The notes under the pieces: model-generated
The model's database searches: none
Told to the model about the DNA's origin: nothing
The model's input: only the letters and a program-made list of their open reading frames with translations
Position numbers and translations under genes: made by a program
Assembly (NCBI GenBank): GCA_015064355.1
Contig: SVSJ01000011.1
Location: 596-64,595, forward strand
DNA: 64,000 bases
Reading direction: 5' to 3'
DNA from: Oscillospiraceae bacterium
GTDB lineage: Bacteria; Bacillota; Clostridia; Oscillospirales; CAG-272
Part shown: positions 35,250 through 43,306 of the stretch, one piece after another
Position numbering within the stretch: position 1 is the first letter of the stretch
Layout of the letters: every line of letters begins with the position of its first letter

Positions 35250-37259
35250 TCATTTGTCGCCGTTAACATCCGCTGCTGATACGCTAATAACTACAAACTT
35301 ATGTCCGTTCTTATTTGCATAAGTTTCAGCAGTAGAGCCTGCGTAGCCATGGATTTCAAAAGCAGATCCGGTGTCATCAAACACATTCACGCTGAAATTT
35401 GCGTTTGTAGCGTGAACAACAATTTTGCTTAAGCCGCTGCACCCAGAGAATGCTTGGGTGTCAATTCGAGCTACGTTGTCAGAGATTATTAAGTCGCCCG
35501 TAAAGCCACTGCAGTCGGCGAATGCACGCGCACCAATTTCTGTTACGCTGTCGGGAATAACAAGCTCGCCTGTGAGCCCGCTGCAAAAATTGAATGTACC
35601 GCCCTTAATCCTTGTTACGTTATTGCTTATTACAAGTTTTCCTGTAAATCCGCTACAGTGATCGAATGCACCGCCACCAATCGATGTTACGCTATCGGGG
35701 ATTATAAGGTCGCCTGAAAATGCTTCGCACGATGAGAATGCACGATCACCAATCGTTGTAACACTATCCGGGATTACAAGGTTGCCTGTGAAGCCACTGC
35801 AGCTGGCGAATGCGCACTCACCAATCTCTTTTACGCTCTCCGAAATCATAAGGTTACCTACAAAACCGCTACAACCAAAGAATGCATATTGACTAATCGT
35901 AGTTATGCCATTGCCTATTACAAGATTCCCTGTAAAACCGGTGCAGAATTCGAAAGCATTTTCACCAATAGTCGTTAAGCTGTCAGGAATTACAAGGTCG
36001 CCTGAAAATGCTTCGCACGATGAGAATGCACGATCACCAATCGTTGTAACACTATCCGGGATTACAAGGTTGCCTGTGAAACCACTGCAGCTGATGAATG
36101 CAGCGTTACCGATCGATGTTACGCCTTCTGCAATCGTAAGTTTTGTCACAACACTATAATATTTGCCCCAAGGTGCAGTTGTGACAAATTGGTACAGTTT
36201 GGAATCATATTCCCAATTATAATCCCACATTTCACCAGTACCGCCGATAGCAAGCTCACCGTCTTCATACAAGGTCCAGGTGAGGTTGTCACCGCACTCA
36301 CCGGAATCAATCGGCACTTTGTTCGGTACGTATGCAACAGTCTTTTTTCCCTTGTTGTAGTTCACATCGGAGGTAATGATCACAAGGTCCTTGATGTCAA
36401 AGCATTTGTCACCGTTAATATCCGCTGTCTTTGTTTCTCCGTCTTCATATGACTGAGAATATGTAAGAGATGATGTGAGAAGGATTACGTCCTTGATGTC
36501 GATAACCAGGTCTCCGTTCACATTCCCCGCAAGAAGTGTGATGTTCGCGATCTCGGGATCATCGTTTTGGGTAAGGTCCAAAATCCCGCTCTCAACCACA
36601 ACTCCGGTAATAAGGTATTCAAGATGACAGTCCTTTGTTATCTTGAGATCATACGTTCCGGGGGCAATGTCGGAGATCACAAAGGGTTGTGTTACAGCAC
36701 CTTCTCCCTCAGCCGCAGGGATTGTAGTGCTTGCTACTGTCACGCCGTCCAGACAAAGCTCAACAAGTGTATCATTTGTGGGGTTATATGAGGTAACTTT
36801 TCCGGCAACAGCTGTTCCCTCAGACACAACCATAACACCCGCAGATGTTACAGGGATCGATTCACCGGTGTTAACCGTTCCACCGATCTCGTATGAGCCA
36901 ACAGCCGCTGTATCTTTAACCTTTAATGTGAATGAGTAAACAGCTCCGTCAACAGTTTCTGTTCCCTCAAATGCCAGAAGCGCCGCTCCCGTCTTTGAGA
37001 TGTCCGCATCACTGAGAGCTCCATCAACGAGCCAACAGCCACTTACAAATTCAAAGGTATTTTTGTCAAAAGTAGGAATGATACCTATTCTTCCAACGTT
37101 TTCTGTGCGGCTGATACTTACTGTTACGTCAAAAGTATCTCCCACAGTCACAGCCGAATCTGATACGCTGAATGAGCTGGATTCGCTGGCTATAACAGGA
37201 ATCATCAAAAGGCTGATCGTCAAAATCAAACACGTCAAAACAAGCAGAGTCTTTTTCAC
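35250..37259 (-). CDS. Adaptor-type protein: cohesin + Ig-like domain + dockerin + BspA-type leucine-rich repeats + truncated half-dockerin
   Basis: GTG at 37259 behind AAGGAG. Cohesin-like FSVSDSAVTVGDTFDVTVSI...FDKNTFEFVSG...AVYSFTLKVKDTAAVGSYEI. Dockerin GNVNGDLVIDIKDVILLTS + ADINGDKCFDIKDLVIITS. About 11 LRR units of type IGxxAFxxCSGFTGxLVIPDSVTx. Confidence 0.65.
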   Translation of the reverse strand: MKKTLLVLTCLILTISLLMIPVIASESSSFSVSDSAVTVGDTFDVTVSISRTENVGRIGIIPTFDKNTFEFVSGCWLVDGALSDADISKTGAALLAFEGTETVDGAVYSFTLKVKDTAAVGSYEIGGTVNTGESIPVTSAGVMVVSEGTAVAGKVTSYNPTNDTLVELCLDGVTVASTTIPAAEGEGAVTQPFVISDIAPGTYDLKITKDCHLEYLITGVVVESGILDLTQNDDPEIANITLLAGNVNGDLVIDIKDVILLTSSLTYSQSYEDGETKTADINGDKCFDIKDLVIITSDVNYNKGKKTVAYVPNKVPIDSGECGDNLTWTLYEDGELAIGGTGEMWDYNWEYDSKLYQFVTTAPWGKYYSVVTKLTIAEGVTSIGNAAFISCSGFTGNLVIPDSVTTIGDRAFSSCEAFSGDLVIPDSLTTIGENAFEFCTGFTGNLVIGNGITTISQYAFFGCSGFVGNLMISESVKEIGECAFASCSGFTGNLVIPDSVTTIGDRAFSSCEAFSGDLIIPDSVTSIGGGAFDHCSGFTGKLVISNNVTRIKGGTFNFCSGLTGELVIPDSVTEIGARAFADCSGFTGDLIISDNVARIDTQAFSGCSGLSKIVVHATNANFSVNVFDDTGSAFEIHGYAGSTAETYANKNGHKFVVISVSAADVNGDK
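35706..36093 (-). repeat. Recent internal duplication within the LRR region (100 bp with one mismatch, offset 288 bp = 4 LRR units)
   Basis: 35706-35805 versus 35994-36093. 87 bp are identical, then one g/a mismatch, then 12 more identical bases. Confidence 0.85.
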
Positions 37260-37397
37260 AATCTTTCTCCTTGGGATAAATATAGTAATACACAATTATA
37301 CTACCTCTTGTCAAACTTTTTTGCAAACGTTTTTTGTTTCCAAATTGTAAACAAACTGTGTATTAAATTCCAAAAATATTAATTTTTCGTTTTAAAA
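37225..37397 (-). repeat. Duplicated 5' region, copy 2 (see 22328-22500)
   Basis: 103 bp are identical to 22328-22430. It contains TATAAT (minus strand, 37300-37295). Confidence 0.85.
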
Positions 37398-37516
37398 ATC
37401 AGTAAGAACTGTTTTTCGCGCAAAAAAGCCCTACTGTGGTAAGGGTGATGTCCTTATCGGAGAAATTACAGTATGGGCATAGCTCTGTGCATTTGTTAAA
37501 CAAATGCGAAACTTGC

Positions 37517-37587
37517 AAAAAAAAAACAGAAAGAGAGAACAATGTGGAGTAGAAACCACTTAGTTCTCTCTGTTTTTCTGCTTTTTT
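37517..37587. terminator. Bidirectional terminator-like hairpin
   Basis: A-run, then a 9-bp perfect stem agagagaac / gttctctct (37532-37540 / 37563-37571) with an inner gtgg/ccac pair, then gtttttctgctttttt. Confidence 0.45.
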
Positions 37588-37790
37588 AGTGATATTCTTT
37601 GCTTTCGCAAAGAGTGATATTATTGCTGTTGCAATAGTGATATTGAAGCCTTACGGCTTCAGTGGTATTCTATTCGCCTATAACTTGCGTAGCAAATATC
37701 ACTCGGCGTAAGCTGAATATCACTGCGAAGCAATACCACTCGCCACAGGCGAATAGAACTGGCGTGATACTCCGTTAAGAGTATCACGCC
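37588..37790. repeat. MITE-like 203-bp array of AGTGATATT-type 9-mers (4 direct, 3 inverted, plus a terminal palindromic pair) interleaved with mini-hairpins
   Basis: Forward copies at 37588, 37613, 37636 and 37661 (agtgGtatt). Inverted aatatcact at 37695 and 37716, and aataCcact at 37732. Palindrome ggcgtgatactc-cgttaa-gagtatcacgcc at 37761-37790. The outer ends form an imperfect TIR, GTGATA(T/C)TC. Confidence 0.7.
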
Positions 37791-37808
37791 TAGCAGGGCT
37801 TTTTGTTT

Positions 37809-39779
37809 TTATTCTTCTCTTATGTGATAATACATTGTGGGGAACGACTTACCTACAGTGAATCGGAGGACACCGTCCTCGTATGTTGTGGGAAGCGCAC
37901 CTATGTAGAAGCCCTCCGCGCTCACAGCCCACACCTTCATTGTGGGGCAGGATGTGCGAAGCTCAATGTCCGCTTCGATCACTTCAATAGTAATGGGAGC
38001 TGTGCCGTATTCCAGCATCAGGTCTCCGTCGAACTTGGCTCCTGTGTTCTTTGCGCGTCCTACAGTTGTAAGGAGAATGTTGTCGCACTTGTCAAGGGGC
38101 TCGTCAGAAAGAGAGGACAGAGCAACTACCGCAAAGTCAGTCTTACCCTCGACTGCAAGTCCGTCGATTTCGATCTTGCCGTTTTTCTCAAGGAAGCCGT
38201 AAATGCACTTGGAACGAGGGGTATAGATGGTGCCGTAATTCTTATCCCAGTTGCGGTATAGCTCGCCTGTATCGGAACGAACCTCCTTCTTTGAAAGATC
38301 CACAAGAGCGGTCTTTTCGTCGATCACACGGTCAGCAGTAGAGGGGCCATCGTCGTATTCCATACCGATCTTGGTGTACTCGGAAACTGCAGCAAGCTCG
38401 TCAAAGGGGCAAGTGTTCATAGTCAGCGCCTTCATTGCAGTGGTGTTCGGGGATTCCTTTACGTCGCCACGGCGGGTCATAAGTGCCGCATGGTAGAAGA
38501 GGCCGAACTTTGCAGGGTCGTTCCAGGTGGAGAAAATACCCTCTCTGTATGCTGTGCCGCCGATGGATTCCGCGCTGATCTCCTTGCCGAGCATTTTCAT
38601 ATTCTCAAGATGAGAGGAATATGCGTAGGTGTGGATCGCAAATCCCGACCAGCCCTGGAGAAGTCCCGCCGCCGCAAAGAGAATCGGGGATTCCGCTCTG
38701 TATTCGTTAGGCCATGGCATATCCCACTCGGAGCAGAACATAGGTCTGCCGAAGGAGCGAGCCGCCGCCATATGGTGCAAAAATCCGTCAGGCGCCTGAG
38801 TCAAGGCTGTGTTGAGGAATCGCTGATCTCCCGGATTCCAACGCCAATCGTAGAAGTAGAAGTGGCTGTCGTTGAAATCACACACGTTGTTGGGCTTTCT
38901 CTGCTCGTTGGTAACTGCCCAGTTTGTGCCGCAGATGGGTATCTTCACTCCGATCTCACGGAGGCAGTTTATCATATCAATATAGTGATCCTCCTGGAGC
39001 TTGACACGGAACGCGGACTGCACGGGATCGTCGAAATCGTTGATATTGCAGGTATAGGGATCAAGCTCCGCTCCCGTTTCCTTCACCCAATCTGCAAGCA
39101 GGTCGCGGTAAATGGTAACGTAGGGCTCGATGTCGATCTTGTAAATTGAGAAGTCGCTTTCGTTGACGATCTCCGCCATAACGATCGCGGGCTCGTCCTT
39201 GTATGCAACTCCGGTGAACTCGTTAACGTGATTCCACAGGTCTCTGGCAAGCTGCTTCTGAAGCTCCACGATTCTGGGTGCGAAATAGTTGTAGGGCTTT
39301 GCGCCGTCCTTGAGAATAAACGCGTTCTCTACCCCGTCACCTGTCTTGAACTTACGGTAGGTATACATATCCATGTAAGTATAGATACCCTCTTCCTTGA
39401 GACAGTAGATAAGGTAGTCAAGGCGTCTCATGCTTTCCGGGTCAAAGGACTGGGTGTTCTTCTGGTGAGGGCCTTTGGTGAACTGAAAAATGTTCGGCGT
39501 TGCCCACTCCGCGTCAAGCTGGTGGAGTCTGACAATGTTGCATCCGATCTTAGAGAGGCGCTTTGCGAAGTTTTCCGCGTAATCGTAGTCGGGGAAATTG
39601 TGGCCGCTGTTTACGTTAGTACCCCAGAAGCGAGCCACGGTTCCGTCCTCGAAAACCAGCTTATCACCGACAGCCTTAAGGAAGCCGTGCTTACCTGCGG
39701 GCTTTTCACCGTCGAAAATAAAGCTTATATCAAAGGGCGCGTCATTTGGGTTTGCTGGAAATGGAATATATCTTGACAT
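37809..39779 (-). CDS. Clan GH-A TIM-barrel glycoside hydrolase, GH5-like, no signal peptide
   Basis: ARFWGTNVNSGHNF, CNIVRLHQLD and the candidate acid/base motif MAEIVNESD. 656 aa. Family assignment is from memory only. Confidence 0.45.
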   Translation of the reverse strand: MSRYIPFPANPNDAPFDISFIFDGEKPAGKHGFLKAVGDKLVFEDGTVARFWGTNVNSGHNFPDYDYAENFAKRLSKIGCNIVRLHQLDAEWATPNIFQFTKGPHQKNTQSFDPESMRRLDYLIYCLKEEGIYTYMDMYTYRKFKTGDGVENAFILKDGAKPYNYFAPRIVELQKQLARDLWNHVNEFTGVAYKDEPAIVMAEIVNESDFSIYKIDIEPYVTIYRDLLADWVKETGAELDPYTCNINDFDDPVQSAFRVKLQEDHYIDMINCLREIGVKIPICGTNWAVTNEQRKPNNVCDFNDSHFYFYDWRWNPGDQRFLNTALTQAPDGFLHHMAAARSFGRPMFCSEWDMPWPNEYRAESPILFAAAGLLQGWSGFAIHTYAYSSHLENMKMLGKEISAESIGGTAYREGIFSTWNDPAKFGLFYHAALMTRRGDVKESPNTTAMKALTMNTCPFDELAAVSEYTKIGMEYDDGPSTADRVIDEKTALVDLSKKEVRSDTGELYRNWDKNYGTIYTPRSKCIYGFLEKNGKIEIDGLAVEGKTDFAVVALSSLSDEPLDKCDNILLTTVGRAKNTGAKFDGDLMLEYGTAPITIEVIEADIELRTSCPTMKVWAVSAEGFYIGALPTTYEDGVLRFTVGKSFPTMYYHIREE

Positions 39780-39797
39780 AGCAGTTCTCCTTATGGG

Positions 39798-41195
39798 TTA
39801 TTTCTTAATTATCTCACGCACGAGGTCAATGCTCTCTCGCACAAGTACTTCTCCCGCATCTGCGGCGCACTGGCAAGCGAATATCACCGCGCTGTAACCG
39901 CCTCGCTCCATTGCCTCGGGAGTGGGGAGATAGTTTAAGTCATCGTTTGTCATCTGCACGTCGAAAATGTGGGCGTCGGGACAAGCGGCTTTGATCCTGT
40001 CAGCGTACTCAACAAACAGCTCGTATGGATTTGAAATAAGAACTGTCTGACCAAGCCTCAAAAGATGTATTTGTCCGTCAACGGTTTCGCGACCACGTCT
40101 CCGTCTGCCGATTATGGTATCCGCACTGCAAAGCTCGAACACATCGGTGCCGTCAGTCTCCTCGAAGATTATGATCTCGCCTTCTTCCTTGGAGTACTTC
40201 TTCATAAAGCCGGCCATATCTCGCTTTGCTTTTTCGTGTTCCTCGTCCGTTGGATTCCAGATTGGCAGGGGCACGTGCTTAACCATATGCTGCGCTTCGC
40301 CCTCGTGGCGGTAGAGGGGCTTGTCCAGGTGGGCGATGATCTCCGCGCCGATCTTCTCGCCAAGATCACGGCAGCCGGATTCCTCCCACATACTGATCTC
40401 ACCGGGGGCGTTGCGGAAAAGGTCACGGGGGGAGAGATCTCCCGCACATCCCGCAAGGGATAACAGGGGCACGTCGCCGAGATTTGCCTTTATGTAATCA
40501 CGGGTGTATCCCCAATAGTCCGAGGAGACAACGCACATGTTTTCGATAACCTGGGCGGGACATGGAACGTTTGCAACGATTCCGACAAGTCCACCGTCGC
40601 TGACCCGTCTCGCGTATAGGAAATTTGAGGGGCCGCCGTCGTGATTTTCCATCTTGAGGAAGTTTTCCTCCCGGGTGGAGCCGTACATTACCGCGTATCC
40701 CTCTTTGTAAACGGTACGGCGGGAGTAGGAGGTCATCATTCGGGATACCGCCACCTCGGTGTAGCATTCTTCCATTGAAAGAGCCGCAGAAATTGCCGCT
40801 TCAGCGATCCTGTCCGCAACAAAATCAGCGTATTCTTCAGGGGTGGTCAGGTCGTTATACAGCTTTTCTTCTGCCTTGAATGAGCAAAGCATGCACTCCT
40901 GCTCACGCCCAACGTAGGGAGCGGTGTGGGTGTGGGTTGCGGAGATTGCAAGGTCGTCTGACGTAAATCCGGGGATCTTTTCAGCTATTCTCCCAGCAGC
41001 CATATCAGGCACAGGGGGCATAATGTGGAGCAGATCCACGGACGCCCACACGGTGATCCTGCCCTCTGTTTCCACTGCCATTGCCGCCACATATAATCTT
41101 GAGTGAATTCCGTCAGCGATGCGCACGTTAAACTGTCCCTGGAGGGCTACCTTGCCCGCAGGGGTTATATCTGCTGTGCCAAATCCGATCCTCAT
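39798..41195 (-). CDS. Neutral/alkaline ceramidase N-terminal-domain-like hydrolase, no signal peptide
   Basis: MRIGFGTADITPAGKVALQGQF...GIHSRLYVAAMAVE...WASVDLLHI resembles the start of that family. Confidence 0.4.
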   Translation of the reverse strand: MRIGFGTADITPAGKVALQGQFNVRIADGIHSRLYVAAMAVETEGRITVWASVDLLHIMPPVPDMAAGRIAEKIPGFTSDDLAISATHTHTAPYVGREQECMLCSFKAEEKLYNDLTTPEEYADFVADRIAEAAISAALSMEECYTEVAVSRMMTSYSRRTVYKEGYAVMYGSTREENFLKMENHDGGPSNFLYARRVSDGGLVGIVANVPCPAQVIENMCVVSSDYWGYTRDYIKANLGDVPLLSLAGCAGDLSPRDLFRNAPGEISMWEESGCRDLGEKIGAEIIAHLDKPLYRHEGEAQHMVKHVPLPIWNPTDEEHEKAKRDMAGFMKKYSKEEGEIIIFEETDGTDVFELCSADTIIGRRRRGRETVDGQIHLLRLGQTVLISNPYELFVEYADRIKAACPDAHIFDVQMTNDDLNYLPTPEAMERGGYSAVIFACQCAADAGEVLVRESIDLVREIIKK

Positions 41196-41386
41196 AGTTT
41201 TCTCCTATCTGAAGCCATCTGAACTAACTATTTAAACTATACTACAATCATCGTCGCAAAGTCAAGGGGATTTGGAGAAATGAGGGGTTTTTTCTCCTCC
41301 ACCTTTCCGCTTTCCACTTGCATTTACCGCTTTACCGTGATATAATACAAGCGACAATAAAACCAAAAAATCAGCGGAGGTTTGCT

Positions 41387-43258
41387 ATGGCGCGCTGGAT
41401 GATTGAAAAAGCAAAGGAACAGATCAAGTGGATTCCAACTCCGGGTGAGGCTCACGTTGACGATGTCGAATTTTCCGGATACGGCTGCTCTGACATTGTC
41501 ACTTACGGTACAGACGAAGCCGGCGAGCTGATACTCACTCATCACCCGGTATTCCCCACCCTGCGCCGCCGTCCCAACGATACACACGCATCCTTCCAGC
41601 TTGATATACCCGCCCTGTCTGTTTACGTTGACGGAGAAGAGGCTCCCGAGACTGTGGATAAAGTGACGATAGGCGGCGGTTTTCTGACTATTTACACAAA
41701 GAGTGGCAACCTCTCCATCACTCGCCGTTTCTTCCCCTCCGCTAAAAAAAGAGCATCATACGAGCAGATCACTGTAGATCACCCGTCCGGATGCAAGGTC
41801 ACTGTTCACCACCCTGCTCTCGGCAAGGTTGACGAGCTTATGGGCCCTATGGGTGTGTGCATTGCTGAGCTGAGCTTTGAAGCCGAGCCCGGCGACACCA
41901 CGTCAAAGTTCAACGTAATGTACAGCGGCAGATACGCAAACGAGCCGACCCCCGAAAACACAGCCGACGCGGATCTTGAAGCCCGAATCGCACGGTACAA
42001 AGAACTTACCGCGCCTATGACAATGAGCACAGGTGACCGGGTTTACGATACCCTATTCCATTTTGCAAAGCTGAGAGCAGGCGAGTCTGTGTTTGACACA
42101 AAATTCGGCAAGGTCCACTCCCCCGGCGGATATTCATACTACGCGGCAACCTGGTGCAACGACCAAGTTGAATACGCAGGACCGTACTTCGCTTACACAG
42201 GCGACCCGGCATTACTTGAAGCAAGCATGAACGCGTACCGTATGTACATCCCCTTTATGAGCGATTCCTACTCTCCCATTCCCAGCTCCGTTATTGCGGA
42301 AGGTCTGGACTACTGGAACGGAGTTGGCGACCGAGGAGACGCAGCAATGTACCTCTACGGCGCATCCCGTTTCGTCCTCACCTGTGGCAGAGAAGACTGG
42401 GCGCGTGAACTGCTTCCTGCAATTCAGTGGTGCGCTGAATACTGCCGCAGAAAAAAGAACGAGCTTGGAGTTATCGAATCTGACACAGACGAGCTTGAAA
42501 ATCGCTTCTCCAGCGGTAAGATGAATCTGAACACCTCCTGCCTGGCTCTGGCGGGCTACCGTTATGCATCAATTCTCTGCCGCGAGCTTGGTCTTTGCGA
42601 CTGTGCTGACGAATACAAAGCCGCAGCGGACGACCTTGCCATTGCCATTGATCAGGTCTTTGGCAAGAATATCCACGGCTACGACACTTACGCATACCAC
42701 GAGGGCTGCGAGGTGCTTCGCTCCTGGATCTGTATGCCCCTTTGCGCAGGACTTACAAATCGTGCAGAGGGAACGGCGGCAGCGCTGACATCCGGCTACC
42801 TGTTCCGCCCCGAAGGAATGCTGACCACTGAAGAAAACAACACCATCTGGGACAGATCCACCCTGTACGCTCTCCGCGGTCTTTACATAGCAGGCGAGAG
42901 TACAAAAGCCTCGGAATGCCTGCACATTTACAGCGAAAACCGACTTCTCGGCGAGAGAGTTCCCTATCCGGTTGAAGCATATCCCGAGGGAGGCCGCCGT
43001 CATTTGTCCGGCGAATCCGCCCTCTACTGCAAGATATTCACAGAAGGTCTCCTCAAGCTTGAGCCTACAGGACTCCGTTCATTTACCCTATGCCCGACCC
43101 TTCCCGACGGTGTGGATCATCTCTATATGACGGGCATTCACGCACACGGCGGCGTCTTTGACGTTCTCGTAGAAAAGGACAGCTACACCGTGCGCCTGTC
43201 CGACGGAACTGTAGTTGCCGGGGGTACTGTTGGTGAAGCATCTGCTGTTACTCTGTAA
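41387..43258 (+). CDS. Hypothetical protein, possibly an (alpha/alpha)6-barrel glycosidase-like enzyme
   Basis: ATG at 41387 behind GGAGG (the ORF-track start at 41318 is rejected). Helix-rich C-terminal half with acidic motifs (ESDTDELENRF). I recall no firm family match. Confidence 0.3.
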   Translation: MARWMIEKAKEQIKWIPTPGEAHVDDVEFSGYGCSDIVTYGTDEAGELILTHHPVFPTLRRRPNDTHASFQLDIPALSVYVDGEEAPETVDKVTIGGGFLTIYTKSGNLSITRRFFPSAKKRASYEQITVDHPSGCKVTVHHPALGKVDELMGPMGVCIAELSFEAEPGDTTSKFNVMYSGRYANEPTPENTADADLEARIARYKELTAPMTMSTGDRVYDTLFHFAKLRAGESVFDTKFGKVHSPGGYSYYAATWCNDQVEYAGPYFAYTGDPALLEASMNAYRMYIPFMSDSYSPIPSSVIAEGLDYWNGVGDRGDAAMYLYGASRFVLTCGREDWARELLPAIQWCAEYCRRKKNELGVIESDTDELENRFSSGKMNLNTSCLALAGYRYASILCRELGLCDCADEYKAAADDLAIAIDQVFGKNIHGYDTYAYHEGCEVLRSWICMPLCAGLTNRAEGTAAALTSGYLFRPEGMLTTEENNTIWDRSTLYALRGLYIAGESTKASECLHIYSENRLLGERVPYPVEAYPEGGRRHLSGESALYCKIFTEGLLKLEPTGLRSFTLCPTLPDGVDHLYMTGIHAHGGVFDVLVEKDSYTVRLSDGTVVAGGTVGEASAVTL

Positions 43259-43306
43259 GAGCAATTTATTGGTTAAAAATTACATTAATATAAGAGGTAC
43301 ACTATT

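Noticed and set aside
35250-35252. TGA as a selenocysteine codon, since it replaces Cys
   Set aside because: I can see no convincing SECIS-like hairpin immediately downstream. The segment is a partial duplicated half-dockerin next to another gene relic. A nonsense mutation or a sequencing error is simpler.
37295-37314. TTGACA + TATAAT upstream of both cohesin genes as a canonical promoter
   Set aside because: The spacer is only 8 nt. The TATAAT may be a real -10, but the TTGACA cannot serve as its -35. It is therefore not annotated as a promoter.
37424-37806. Known structured RNAs (RNase P, tmRNA, SRP, 6S) in the 0.5-kb non-coding gap
   Set aside because: I found none of the universal signature strings, such as GAGGAAAGUCC of RNase P or a tag-peptide reading frame. 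The pairing pattern is repeat-driven rather than rod-like.
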